This document shows positions 1-10,655 of a stretch of 64,000 nt of DNA, piece by piece (the stretch's first letter is position 1; each line of letters begins with the position of its first letter). The stretch lies in assembly GCA_965208615.1 (NCBI GenBank), contig CBDBPB010000004.1:160001-224000 (forward strand), written 5' to 3'. Under the pieces are notes generated by a model that worked only from the letters and a program-made list of their open reading frames with translations, did no database searches and was not told where the DNA came from. Both the position numbers and the translations under genes were made by a program. This DNA comes from Spirochaetota bacterium. Lineage in GTDB: Bacteria; Spirochaetota; UBA6919; CBDBPB01.

Positions 1-214
1 TACCCCTTTTAGGAAATAGACCAGAACGATTGCCATAAAAAAACTCTCTTTCTTCTTCTCCAGCAGTAATAGATGATTTATCACCAGCCTTTCCGCCGCC
101 TCTTATTGTCTCTTTATCTTCATATAGCTTAGTAGATAGGCCTTTAGCAAATATTGTTGAGTTAGTTTGAGTTATAGCAAAGACTAAAGTAATAATTACA
201 ATATATTTTTTCAT
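1..214 (-). CDS. 5' part of a secreted hypothetical protein (runs off the window start)
   Basis: ATG at 214 preceded by AAGGAG; open to base 1; MKKYIVIITLVFAITQTNSTIFA signal-like N-terminus; not in the ORF track. Confidence 0.75.
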   Translation of the reverse strand, partial: MKKYIVIITLVFAITQTNSTIFAKGLSTKLYEDKETIRGGGKAGDKSSITAGEEEREFFYGNRSGLFPKRG

Positions 215-416
215 ATAATGTCTCCTTAATTTATTAGCCAAAAACTAGTATTGTTTACTCTTTAAAGTTAACACAGTTAAATGAATATAATCATAGTATA
301 TAAGAAGTGTCAATTAAAAAAATATTTTATTTATGTTAAAAAAAATAAAATAATTAGGCTAGCTTATTATCTTTAAATAAGGTTGATAGTTAACCAATAT
401 AAGTGAGGTGTTAATT

Positions 417-1412
417 ATGGATAGAAGAGAATTTATAAAAAACTCTTTTGTACTTGGTTCTGGAACAGTAATCCTCTCAAGCTGTAGCCTTATAAATAAA
501 GATAAACAAAAAAAATATATAAGAACAATTAATCCATCTAATTATGTGTCTTACGTAACAACAAATAATATTAACAATGCGGCATCCGATAACATAATAG
601 GCAAAATGACCCAAGAGGCTGTTAACATTATTGCTCAGTTAAGCCATAACAAAAAAAAGGGGATGGAGGCTTTTGTCAAACGAGCCGATAAGGTAATAAT
701 AAAACCAAATATTGGATGGGCAAGAATACCTGAGCTGGCCGCTACTACTAATCCCATTGTAATAAAAAAGATTATTGAAATGTGTTATGATGCAGGTGCA
801 TCAAAAGTTATTGTTAGTGATCTACCTGCTAACTCGGTCAATATAGCCTTTGATAGAACCGGTATTAGTAAAGCGGTTAAGTCTGTGGATGGTATTATAA
901 GTTATCCCAAATCCCATAGAATAAAAGAAATGAAACTTGAAAAACCCATTTATCTACCCCTTGATAAAAAAGAAATAAAAAAATGGCCTATATTCATAGA
1001 CTTTATAGAAGCAGATGTAATAATAAACATCCCCATAGCAAAACATCATAATCTATCCAAGCTCAGTATTGGTATGAAAAATTGGTATGGTGCAGTGTCA
1101 GGAAGAAGGAATCAACTTCATCAGGCCATTAACGAGAGTATAGCTTCTTTAGCATACCACTTTAAACCGGATTTAACTATTGTTGACTGCATAAGAATAC
1201 TATTAAGAAATGGTCCAACAGGCGGATCAGTAAAAGATACCAAAATAACAAATACCATAATAGCGAGTCAGAGCCAAGTCGCCGCCGATAGTATAGCTAG
1301 TACACTTTTCAATATAAAACCAAGTGATATACCATACATTAAAATAGCGAGTCAAATGGGAATGGGTGATTATAACTCTATCAACATAATAAAAAAGACC
1401 TTAAATAGCTAA
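417..1412 (+). CDS. DUF362 domain protein with Tat-type signal
   Basis: MDRREFIK twin-arginine motif; IKPNIGW, ATTNP, PIAKHH..KNWYG motifs of DUF362; ATG 417 preferred over the track's GTG 408. Confidence 0.85.
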   Translation: MDRREFIKNSFVLGSGTVILSSCSLINKDKQKKYIRTINPSNYVSYVTTNNINNAASDNIIGKMTQEAVNIIAQLSHNKKKGMEAFVKRADKVIIKPNIGWARIPELAATTNPIVIKKIIEMCYDAGASKVIVSDLPANSVNIAFDRTGISKAVKSVDGIISYPKSHRIKEMKLEKPIYLPLDKKEIKKWPIFIDFIEADVIINIPIAKHHNLSKLSIGMKNWYGAVSGRRNQLHQAINESIASLAYHFKPDLTIVDCIRILLRNGPTGGSVKDTKITNTIIASQSQVAADSIASTLFNIKPSDIPYIKIASQMGMGDYNSINIIKKTLNS

Positions 1413-1472
1413 AATATAGCCTCTTTAAAACTGATCCATTATCATCCATGGAATACTTTTTACTTAGCATCT

Positions 1473-1501
1473 TTGACAAAGATAGACTATAGTATTATAT
1501 T
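1473..1501 (+). promoter_or_regulatory. putative sigma70 promoter for the 1516-birA-coaX operon
   Basis: TTGACA-17 bp-TATATT just upstream of ORF 1516. Confidence 0.5.
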
Positions 1502-1515
1502 TTTTTATTGTTTAT

Positions 1516-2895
1516 ATGGAGAAGCCTATGTTAATAAAAATTGGCAAACATTTATCCCTATTGTTATTCTTACTAACAATAACTATAACATCATTTGCTA
1601 GAGACAGTATAAAATTCTATAACAATATATATGTAAACCATAAGGGTAAGCTGATTGCAGAAAAACCTTATAACCTATATTTGGCTTCATACCTATTTAA
1701 CGTCAAAAATAGGGCTGTTATTAAAGCTAAATTAAGAGATGGATATATAATAGAGTACAACTCAAATAAAACTGCATATTACGTAGTATATAACGATAAC
1801 TCTAAGGTTAGAGAACTAGGAGAGAAAACAGGATCAGAACATGATATTGCCCATGTATATAAGTATAATAAAAATGGATATGTTAAAGAGATTAGTCATT
1901 ATCATGTGATAGAGGGTAGAACTACATTTAAGTATTATTTGTTATATACAACAAAATTTATATATGATAAGCAACTCATCAAAAAAGTTGACTATAACAA
2001 GTCAAAAAAGAAAATAGCACATACCATTTATAAATACGACAAAAAAGGCAAAAAACTATATACCAAAACATACTCCAATAACAGTCTCAAGTCTATTATA
2101 GCTTATGATTACAAAAATAACAAATTAAGGGCCATAAACCTATATGATCCTAATAAAACACTAATAAAAAAAGTTAACTACTATTATAAAAATAATAGTA
2201 TAAGCTATATTAAACCAATAATATATAATATAAAATACTATAAAAACCCTTCTAAAAAGGATATTATAAAACTACCATATCAAAAAGGTATAGAGGTTAA
2301 TGGTTTTAGGTTTAATAACAATGAAATTGTTAGCATTAAGGGTACCATAGCAAATATACAAAGTTATATTGTTTACAACTTTAAGTTTAAACCAGTAAAT
2401 AAAGAGTGGAAGGCTGAAATAATCGGAACCTTTAAAAGCTATAACATAAAAAATAATCAATTTATGAACATGGTTAAAGTTTATAATACTCAAACTGGTA
2501 ATGAGATTAAAACTGAGTGGTATAATCATCAAGGAAAAGAACTATTTCATAAAATACCAAAAGACATTAAACTTACTAACATTTTTAAAATTGAAAATAT
2601 ATTGAATACCAAACATCTAATATATGGCAAAATCATGACTGAAAATAAACATAAAATCAAAAGAGAAATTATTATAGAAATATATAACAAATCAGGAGAT
2701 AGAAGCTGGTGTTATGTATCCCATGGATACTATTTTTATTTAATAAGCTATCATGATAAAAAACAACCCGTTAATAAGATCCACATTCTAAAAGCCGGAT
2801 ATAATTATAAAATAATTAATTTTAATTTAATAAGAAATAAGTCTCTGTTGGCTCTCCCGCCAACCTTTTTAAAATCTGTAATAAAGAAAAACTAG
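1516..2895 (+). CDS. hypothetical exported Tyr/Lys-rich protein
   Basis: 459-aa ORF with hydrophobic signal-like segment (LSLLLFLLTITITSFA) and YxYDKKG-like beta-hairpin repeats. Confidence 0.65.
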   Translation: MEKPMLIKIGKHLSLLLFLLTITITSFARDSIKFYNNIYVNHKGKLIAEKPYNLYLASYLFNVKNRAVIKAKLRDGYIIEYNSNKTAYYVVYNDNSKVRELGEKTGSEHDIAHVYKYNKNGYVKEISHYHVIEGRTTFKYYLLYTTKFIYDKQLIKKVDYNKSKKKIAHTIYKYDKKGKKLYTKTYSNNSLKSIIAYDYKNNKLRAINLYDPNKTLIKKVNYYYKNNSISYIKPIIYNIKYYKNPSKKDIIKLPYQKGIEVNGFRFNNNEIVSIKGTIANIQSYIVYNFKFKPVNKEWKAEIIGTFKSYNIKNNQFMNMVKVYNTQTGNEIKTEWYNHQGKELFHKIPKDIKLTNIFKIENILNTKHLIYGKIMTENKHKIKREIIIEIYNKSGDRSWCYVSHGYYFYLISYHDKKQPVNKIHILKAGYNYKIINFNLIRNKSLLALPPTFLKSVIKKN

Positions 2896-2911
2896 TTGTT
2901 TAGGCGATAAT

Positions 2912-3667
2912 ATGTATTCCTTTTCCACAAAGTATATTGGTAAAAAGCTAATATTACTAAAAACTGTAACATCAACAAATAGCTATCTTCTTAACTATAA
3001 CGGCACTCTAGAAGAAGGTACTACAGTTGTTGCCGAAGAACAAACTAAAGCTAGAGGCAGGCTTAATCGAAAATGGTTTTCTACTGCTAATTCCCTAACT
3101 TTTTCTGTATTGCTTAAGCCTAAAATTAATCCTATAAAGCTTCCTCAGCTAACACAGATTTCATCCCTTGCTATTGCTAAGGCCATAGAAAATATGTGTT
3201 TTTTAAATACCATGATAAAGTGGCCCAATGATATTTATATTAACGATAAAAAGTGCTGTGGTATATTAACTGAGACAAGGTTTAATAGTATTCCTATTGT
3301 TGTTTTGGGTGTTGGTATAAACGTTAACGCAAATAAGAATGATATTCCTTATGAGATAAAGAAAAAAGCTAGTTCCTTATATATAGAGACAAATAAAACA
3401 TGGAACTTAGAAAAATTACTATCTGCCTTGCTTAGTGAGATAGAACACCATTATGAACTCTGGCTAAATAATTCTTTTAGCACATTCGTTAGTGAGATTG
3501 AACATAGGTTTTATCTTAGGAATAAAAAGGTTATGGTTAACTTGACTAATGACTATGTTTTAAGAGGCAAAGTACTAGGCATTAATTCAAATGGATATTT
3601 AATTATAGCTGACCAAAATGACAAAGTTCATCAACTTTCATCGGGGGAAGTTATATTGTGCTCTTAG
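2912..3667 (+). CDS. birA: biotin--[acetyl-CoA-carboxylase] ligase
   Basis: STN, EEQTKARGRLNRKW, KWPNDIY, KKCCGILTE, GVGINVN motifs; no N-terminal HTH. Confidence 0.93.
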   Translation: MYSFSTKYIGKKLILLKTVTSTNSYLLNYNGTLEEGTTVVAEEQTKARGRLNRKWFSTANSLTFSVLLKPKINPIKLPQLTQISSLAIAKAIENMCFLNTMIKWPNDIYINDKKCCGILTETRFNSIPIVVLGVGINVNANKNDIPYEIKKKASSLYIETNKTWNLEKLLSALLSEIEHHYELWLNNSFSTFVSEIEHRFYLRNKKVMVNLTNDYVLRGKVLGINSNGYLIIADQNDKVHQLSSGEVILCS

Positions 3668-4434
3668 CAATGGATATAGGGAATACTAATATAAATATAG
3701 GTCTATTCTCCTTACAGACAAAAGGAAAGCTAATTAACAGTTTTAGCCTGACTACAAAAACAAATATAACTGCCGATGAAATGGCTATTTTTATTATATC
3801 CATTTTAAAGAATAGTTCTATAGAGCCTTCTAACATCCATTATATAGTTTGTTCTAGTGTAGTCCCCCGTTTAAATGGATGTATAAAGAGTATGTCCAGT
3901 AAATATTTTAGTGGTAATATTATATTTATCTCAAGCAAAATGAATACTGGATTAGTTTTTAACTATCCCAATCCCGATGAGATAGGCGCTGATAGAATTG
4001 TAAATGCCGTAGCAGTAAGTAATATATACGGTGGTCCTGCGATAATAGTCGATTTTGGTACTGCTATAACTTTTTGTGCATTATCAAAAAACAAAGAATA
4101 TTTAGGGGGACTCATATCCACAGGGATAACTACAAGTTTAGAGGCATTAATTCTCAAAACCTCTAAACTCCCATATATTAGTCTTAAAAAGCCAAGTTCT
4201 ATTTTGGCTAATACCACTAAGGATGGAATGACCTCTGGCATATACTTTGGGACTATTTATATGTTAGAGGGTATTATATCCCACATTCGCAGAAATCCTA
4301 AGCTTAAGAGTGCAAAAGTCATTGCCACTGGTGGAGACCTTCATCTTATAGCTGATACAAATATTATCGATATTATTGACTATAATCTTACTCTAAAGGG
4401 TTTAGAACTATTATTTTATAAAAACCATAACTAA
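3658..4434 (+). CDS. coaX: type III pantothenate kinase
   Basis: DIGNTN, SSVVP, IGADR, VDFGTA, ATGG motifs; overlaps the end of birA. Confidence 0.95.
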   Translation: MLLAMDIGNTNINIGLFSLQTKGKLINSFSLTTKTNITADEMAIFIISILKNSSIEPSNIHYIVCSSVVPRLNGCIKSMSSKYFSGNIIFISSKMNTGLVFNYPNPDEIGADRIVNAVAVSNIYGGPAIIVDFGTAITFCALSKNKEYLGGLISTGITTSLEALILKTSKLPYISLKKPSSILANTTKDGMTSGIYFGTIYMLEGIISHIRRNPKLKSAKVIATGGDLHLIADTNIIDIIDYNLTLKGLELLFYKNHN

Positions 4435-4476
4435 AAAATCATCCAACATCTTGATACGTCTATAATAATACTTAAA

Positions 4477-5679
4477 CTAAATATACTGACCTATATGTAT
4501 AACCGGCTTATTATTATATATTATTGTGTTATACGGATCCCTTGAACTATTTGTATATACGGCAATTAGATAATGATTATAACCTTTTTTTATTATACCT
4601 AATCCGTTATTCAGCTTGAGTGCCCTTGCTCCATTTATTGTAGCAAGGTTAATAACCTGTTCTGGAGTTAATTGACAAAAGTTTTCTTTCACTTGTCTTA
4701 ATTCCTCAAAGAAGTTTAGAGAATAGTTACTGGCAAGAGAATCAGTACCTAAAGCTATATTTATACCGTTTTTTATTAGCTTATCCATTTTAAACTCAGG
4801 ATGACTAAAAAAACTATGGCTACGAGAACAATGAATAATAGACAGATTTAACCTTTTTATTATACTTATCTCTCTATCATCTAATATATTTAGGTGTATT
4901 ATAATACTGGATTTTGTTAAATATTTTTTTATGTCCAGGTAAGAAAGTGGATAAGTATTATTAATATCCTTTTCAACAGGATTATAACTATTTATAAAGC
5001 TGAAAAGCTCTCCACTACGACTATTAAAAAAACTTTCTTCTTCACTACTCTCCCCTAGGTGTATGGCTGAGTGATAACTCTTTTGTCTTATATATGATGT
5101 AACCTCCCTAAATGCCTTACTACAAAGAGTATATGGTGAATGAGGAGATATTCCATGACTAATATTATCTGCATAGCTATAATGGCTTATCTGTTCATCT
5201 ATTTTATTGAGCTTTTCTTTTACCTCATTTGGTTTTAGGGCTATATACTCCCAATATACCCGTCCAATTAGATTAGAGCTAATAAGCTCCTGAAAAGCTA
5301 AACCATTAGAACATATATCTGCTACTGCCACTACTCCGCTCTCCCACAGCTGGCTTATACCATCTCTAATAGCTAAAACTATATCATTTTTAGACAGCTT
5401 AGCTTTTAAAGTAATTACTTTCCTGATCCAGTCGGCGAATGAACCATTATATTTAACCTTATCTTTTAGGGCGGAAAGCTCAAGATGGCTATGACAGTTA
5501 ACAAATCCGGGTAATATAATATATTCACTAAGATCAACCTTCTCAACAGAAGGATATTTCTTTATTATGTTAGAATAGAGGCCAATATCCAAAATCCTAT
5601 GTTTGTTAATAAGCAGTGCACCATCAACAATTGGCTTCTGGATAATAGGTAAAATACATTTTGATATAAGTATTTTCAA
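4477..5679 (-). CDS. metal-dependent amidohydrolase (possibly aminodeoxyfutalosine deaminase-like)
   Basis: PGFVNCHSHLE, SPHSPY, IHLGES, LGTDSLASN, ATINGARAL motifs. Confidence 0.8.
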   Translation of the reverse strand: MKILISKCILPIIQKPIVDGALLINKHRILDIGLYSNIIKKYPSVEKVDLSEYIILPGFVNCHSHLELSALKDKVKYNGSFADWIRKVITLKAKLSKNDIVLAIRDGISQLWESGVVAVADICSNGLAFQELISSNLIGRVYWEYIALKPNEVKEKLNKIDEQISHYSYADNISHGISPHSPYTLCSKAFREVTSYIRQKSYHSAIHLGESSEEESFFNSRSGELFSFINSYNPVEKDINNTYPLSYLDIKKYLTKSSIIIHLNILDDREISIIKRLNLSIIHCSRSHSFFSHPEFKMDKLIKNGINIALGTDSLASNYSLNFFEELRQVKENFCQLTPEQVINLATINGARALKLNNGLGIIKKGYNHYLIAVYTNSSRDPYNTIIYNNKPVIHIGQYI

Positions 5680-6356
5680 GATAGTATTTTATCAGTAGTT
5701 TTGAAGTGTATTTTAGCAACCTCGTTAAGGATGTCTTTTCCATACAGCTTAACCATACTCTTACCAAAATCAATGACTTTTTTTGAAGCACCTTTTACTA
5801 CACTAACTCCATATTGCTTAGAAAGACGATCAATATACTGTAAAAAGGCATTCCTTGCTAAAATGGATGAAGCCGCTACAGCAATATTATTTTCAGCATG
5901 AGTTTTTTGCCTAAGACATATTTGTTTACCCTTATCCATTAAGGCATTAACAATAAGGCTCTCATGGCCAAACTTGTCAGATAAAGCATAATTACAGTCA
6001 ACCATATCTAATATGTTCTCAAGTACCCTTGCATGACCCCATGCTAATAGTTTATTTAGATTGGCAATTTTATTATAAAGTTCATTATACCTCTTAGGGC
6101 CAATCACTACCACAGAATGAGGACAACTAATAATATCCTTAGCAATACTTATAACCTTTCCATCGGATAGCTTTTTACTATCCCGCACTCCAATATCATA
6201 TAGCCTATCTTTATTATGGTTATCTACAAATACACCGGCAATCACCAAAGGGCCAAAGTAATCCCCTTTACCAGACTCATCAATACCAATAATGGGATAA
6301 TTATCCTTTTCATTTTCGCTATTATAAAGATTTAATGATTTTTGCTTATTAATTAT
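5676..6356 (-). CDS. rnhC: ribonuclease HIII (catalytic domain only); start extended upstream of the track's 6248
   Basis: In-frame IGIDESGKGDYFGP lies upstream of 6248; DSKKLSD and VAASSILAR motifs; probable ATA/ATT start at 6356/6353 after AAGGTG. Confidence 0.85.
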   Translation of the reverse strand: MINKQKSLNLYNSENEKDNYPIIGIDESGKGDYFGPLVIAGVFVDNHNKDRLYDIGVRDSKKLSDGKVISIAKDIISCPHSVVVIGPKRYNELYNKIANLNKLLAWGHARVLENILDMVDCNYALSDKFGHESLIVNALMDKGKQICLRQKTHAENNIAVAASSILARNAFLQYIDRLSKQYGVSVVKGASKKVIDFGKSMVKLYGKDILNEVAKIHFKTTDKILS

Positions 6357-6390
6357 TTTACTACACCTTTATTTTATTTATTTTTAGTAG

Positions 6391-8418
6391 CTATATTCCT
6401 TTATATTTAACAATAGATGTTTGTTCTGAGGGAATATCACTAGATTTAAATACCTTTACTAACATCTTAAGGTTTTTACCAATAGCTTCATTCTTATTGG
6501 CAGTACCCTCAAGCTCTACTACTGAATTACTAATTTTTTGAGCATCAACGGTTTGACTCTCAATAGCTTTATGTATTTCCAAAGCAATTTCTGATAGCTC
6601 ATTAAATGCCTCTATAACTCGCTTATTGTCTTTTTGAAAGCCAGTTAATGATTCTTTAACAACCCGTGCATTATCTACAAGAGAGACAATAGAGGTTATT
6701 AATTCATTAATTCCCTTAGACTGGCTTAAAGTAGTCTCTGCTATTTTTGAGTTAACATCTCTTGCCTTATTAACGTCAGATAATATTTTACCTAAGCCTT
6801 TATCAGCTTCACCTGCAAGGGTATCAGCGTTATATATTTTCGAGATTATTTGTTTAAGCAAATTGGATATATTCCTAGCATTATTTCCACTATTCTCAGC
6901 CAGCTTTCTAATTTCATCCGCCACAACAGCAAAACCTTTACCAAAGTCTCCAGCGTGAGCCGCCTCAATAGCGGCATTCATGGCTAAAAGGTTTGTTTGC
7001 TCAGATATACCGTTAATAACCGTTGCTATATCCCCTACTTCTTTGGATGACTCCTCAATATCCTTAATAGCCCCTATAACATTTTGTACAGACTCAGCAC
7101 CCTGCTTAGCCACTAGTGATAGATCTTGAGTTATAGTATCAGCTTTTTTTGCAGTATCAACAATCTCCTGAAAGGTATTTTCCATCATCTCAAGGGAAGT
7201 AGAACTTTTATCCATAGACTTGGATTGCTCATTAGATATACTCAAAATATTATTTATCTTTTCGGATAGCTCATCAATACGATTAGATGTTACAGTTTTA
7301 ATACGCTGTTGAGATTCAACAAGCTTTTTTACCCTACTAGAATTACTAGCAACAGTCTTAAGGGAGTGGGATACGTTTTGTATAGACTCAAAAACCTCTG
7401 CACCTGACTCATTAACCTTTACAATGGTCTCTTCTAATTGATCCACGCCATCACTCAGCCTTTTCATCAACTTGTTGAACCAGTGAGTTAACTGACCCAC
7501 TTCATCCAAAGAGGCTACATCAATACGCTGTATCACATTACCAGTGCCCTCAGCAATATCCTTAAGACTACGAGTTAAGATTTGTGTTCTTTTAATAATA
7601 TCCCCAGAAAACAGCAGGTAGATAATAACAGATATAACCATTAATGAAAATACGAAAATACTATCATTTAGTTGTATATTATCCAAAGCCATATAAACTA
7701 AATAGCGTCTCATTATTTCAATAATAAGCATATTAGTTCCTAAAGAACCTAAAAAGAACTTCCACTTAAATGAAAAGCCTATCTTTCTCTCTGAGACATC
7801 TAAAAACTCCAAACTTTTTTCTACATTAAAGGTTAATACATAAATCGATGGAATAAACCCTACAAGCATAGACAATAACATTGGCTCACCACCAAATAAG
7901 TTTAAAATATAGGTAATACCATACGATGTTAAAAAGTCTACTTTAGTAAAAGTTGCATAACCATAAAACCACCACCAACCAAGAGGTAATAATGGCGCTA
8001 TAATAACAAATAAAAAAACATAGCCTAAAAGCCAAAATGGAAAACGATAAATATGATATTTAGACCTATCACGTTCTTCATAAGTACTCCCTTCTCTAGT
8101 ACCAATATCAATTATAGCAAGCCACTTTTTCATTCTAAGCATCACAAATAGAGAATAAATAAAGGTACCTAAAATAGTAAATAAATTAAATGAGGTACTT
8201 AATATAAGGTCTAAACTTTTCCATTCTTTTTCTTTAATAGTTAACTTACCATCGTTTAACCTTTTCCATTCTTTTTCTTCAAGAGTTAAAAGACTCTCTA
8301 ATTTTTTATCCCCTAAAACACGGTCTAAAGCACTAAGAGGATAATGCAGCGGCTTAATAAACGGAGTTAGCCCAAAAATTACAAATAATAATAAATATAT
8401 TAACCAATTCTTTCTCAT
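6391..8418 (-). CDS. methyl-accepting chemotaxis protein
   Basis: Multiple TM segments, HAMP (DEVGQL..FN), signalling motif QTNLLAMNAAIEAAHAG..GFAVVADEIRKLAE. Confidence 0.95.
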   Translation of the reverse strand: MRKNWLIYLLLFVIFGLTPFIKPLHYPLSALDRVLGDKKLESLLTLEEKEWKRLNDGKLTIKEKEWKSLDLILSTSFNLFTILGTFIYSLFVMLRMKKWLAIIDIGTREGSTYEERDRSKYHIYRFPFWLLGYVFLFVIIAPLLPLGWWWFYGYATFTKVDFLTSYGITYILNLFGGEPMLLSMLVGFIPSIYVLTFNVEKSLEFLDVSERKIGFSFKWKFFLGSLGTNMLIIEIMRRYLVYMALDNIQLNDSIFVFSLMVISVIIYLLFSGDIIKRTQILTRSLKDIAEGTGNVIQRIDVASLDEVGQLTHWFNKLMKRLSDGVDQLEETIVKVNESGAEVFESIQNVSHSLKTVASNSSRVKKLVESQQRIKTVTSNRIDELSEKINNILSISNEQSKSMDKSSTSLEMMENTFQEIVDTAKKADTITQDLSLVAKQGAESVQNVIGAIKDIEESSKEVGDIATVINGISEQTNLLAMNAAIEAAHAGDFGKGFAVVADEIRKLAENSGNNARNISNLLKQIISKIYNADTLAGEADKGLGKILSDVNKARDVNSKIAETTLSQSKGINELITSIVSLVDNARVVKESLTGFQKDNKRVIEAFNELSEIALEIHKAIESQTVDAQKISNSVVELEGTANKNEAIGKNLKMLVKVFKSSDIPSEQTSIVKYKGI

Positions 8419-8597
8419 CTTTCCCCCTTAATATTTGGCAATGTTTATTATTGATAGCATTATTTAATATTAGCCAGCTTAAATCATATACCCTTTGTTA
8501 ATCTAACAAATAAGCCTACAGATAGTTAATAACACTACTTTTTTAATAAAAACACTAAATTTGATTATACTAAAACTATAAAACATTATAAATCTAT

Positions 8598-10040
8598 CTA
8601 CTCAAATAAGTTCTGCCACATACTATCAACTTTTTTCTTTACGGAATCACTCATTTTAATAGTCTCGGGATAGTTTCTCATAATACCTTCATTCTCCCAG
8701 CGAGTAGTAGCATCAAAACCCATCTTAACCCCTCCCATAGGATAAGGAGAAGAGTGATCCAGCTGATCTAATGGTCCTTCTGTAAGTAATACATCCCGTT
8801 TTGGATCAACATTATTCCCCAGCTTCCACATAACCTCATTAACACTTTGAACATTAACATCTTCATCAACTATTACAATAAATTTAGTTAACATCATTTG
8901 TCCAAGCCCCCAAAGGGCATTCATTACCTTCTTACCATGATAGGGATAGTCCTTTTTTATAGATACAAAAACAAAGTTATGGAATACGCCAAACTCAGGA
9001 AAGTGCATATCAACAATCTCAGGCACTATCATCTTTATCATAGGTAAAAATAACCTTTCAGTAGCCTTACCCATATATGTATCCTCCATAGGAGGCTTTC
9101 CAACAATAATAGAAGGATATATAGGTTTATTCCGTCTTGTAATGGCAGTAATATGGAATACGGGGAACATTCCTGCTTCAGAATAGTAACCCGTATGATC
9201 ACCAAAAGGTCCCTCTATCTTAAGATCTTCATTGGGATCAACATAACCTTCTAATATGATCTCTGCATTGGCAGGTACTTTAAGATCAATAGTCTTGCAT
9301 TGAACCATGTCAATACTGCCTTTCATTAAAAAACATGCAAAAGTTATCTCATCAACAAAAGGTGGACAAGGTGCAGTAGCAGAAAAAATAAGACTAGGCG
9401 GTCCACCTAATACTACAGCAACCTCCATTTTTTTTCCAAGACGCTTATGCTTTCTATAGTTAACAGCACCATCATGATGTTCGTGCCAATGCATTCCAGT
9501 AGTATTTTTATCAAATACCTGAAGTCTATACATTCCAGCGTTAAGCCTATCATTCTCTGGATCTTTGGTAATAACTATTGGCAGTGTAATATAGCGTCCA
9601 GCATCATGAGGCCAGCACTTTAATATGGGTATACTAAATAAATCAATATTACTTTCTATAACTTCCTGACATACAGCTTTTTTAACCGTTTTACTGTGAT
9701 AAGAAAACAGCTTTCCATATTTAGGAAAAAGTTTAATTCCTTCCATCAGGCTCTTAGGAGGAGAAATACTAATAATATCCTTGATTTCATAAGCCAGCTC
9801 TTCAATATCACTAACACCTAATGCCATAGCCATACGCTTATCAGAACCAAATAAATTCATTACTACAGGAATATCACTATCCAAAGGATTCTCAAAAAGA
9901 ACTGCCTTTCCACGATCCTTACAAATACGATCAACTATCTCTGACATCTCTAATATAGGATCAACGGTTTTCTTTATGCGTATAATTTCATTTTTACTTT
10001 CTAATAAATCAATAAAATCCGATATACTACTAAGCTTCAA
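8598..10040 (-). CDS. UbiD-family decarboxylase (menaquinone-biosynthesis type)
   Basis: EGPFGDHTGYY, GKPPMED, GPLDQLDH motifs. Confidence 0.9.
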   Translation of the reverse strand: MKLSSISDFIDLLESKNEIIRIKKTVDPILEMSEIVDRICKDRGKAVLFENPLDSDIPVVMNLFGSDKRMAMALGVSDIEELAYEIKDIISISPPKSLMEGIKLFPKYGKLFSYHSKTVKKAVCQEVIESNIDLFSIPILKCWPHDAGRYITLPIVITKDPENDRLNAGMYRLQVFDKNTTGMHWHEHHDGAVNYRKHKRLGKKMEVAVVLGGPPSLIFSATAPCPPFVDEITFACFLMKGSIDMVQCKTIDLKVPANAEIILEGYVDPNEDLKIEGPFGDHTGYYSEAGMFPVFHITAITRRNKPIYPSIIVGKPPMEDTYMGKATERLFLPMIKMIVPEIVDMHFPEFGVFHNFVFVSIKKDYPYHGKKVMNALWGLGQMMLTKFIVIVDEDVNVQSVNEVMWKLGNNVDPKRDVLLTEGPLDQLDHSSPYPMGGVKMGFDATTRWENEGIMRNYPETIKMSDSVKKKVDSMWQNLFE

Positions 10041-10282
10041 AATTATATCTCCAACTTATTGTTAGCTAAGATTAGTTTTTCATAAAAAATATTATAAAAT
10101 AGTAAGATTTTATATAACATAAATAAAGAAAATTAACCATAATATAGCTTTGTAATATAACAAGTCCCTAAAGTATAATTAATGGTCTTTTTTCAGTTAT
10201 ATTTCATCAAAATATATTTTAAGTTTTAAATATATTTAGAAAATATGCTTTTTACAAGTATAAATATTATAATTTATTACTC

Positions 10283-10579
10283 TTATCGTTTATAAGGTTC
10301 AGGAATATTAATAGTCAAATCTTTAACGGAATAAAGTTGGCAAGCTAGTCTCCAGTTTTGCTTAATTTTAACTTCACCTAAACGGAATTTCTCAACATCA
10401 TTAGGAGGCAGTAGAAAGTTATTATTTTTTAATATCTGTACTTTACAAGTACCGCAATTACCCCGTCCTCCGCACATAGACTCAATATTTACATCAAGTA
10501 TTTTAAAGTTGTTAAGCAAGCTAATTGCGGGATTATACTCAACTGTTAGGTTACGATTTTCAATAGTTACTTTGGACAT
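10283..10579 (-). CDS. 2Fe-2S ferredoxin-like protein
   Basis: CGGRGNCGTC ... RLACQ. Confidence 0.9.
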   Translation of the reverse strand: MSKVTIENRNLTVEYNPAISLLNNFKILDVNIESMCGGRGNCGTCKVQILKNNNFLLPPNDVEKFRLGEVKIKQNWRLACQLYSVKDLTINIPEPYKR

Positions 10580-10655
10580 ATTATAACCACTATTAATTTA
10601 TTCCAGATGGCTATAAGTTTGATTTAGACAAAAAAATAAGACCTTTTTATAAACC

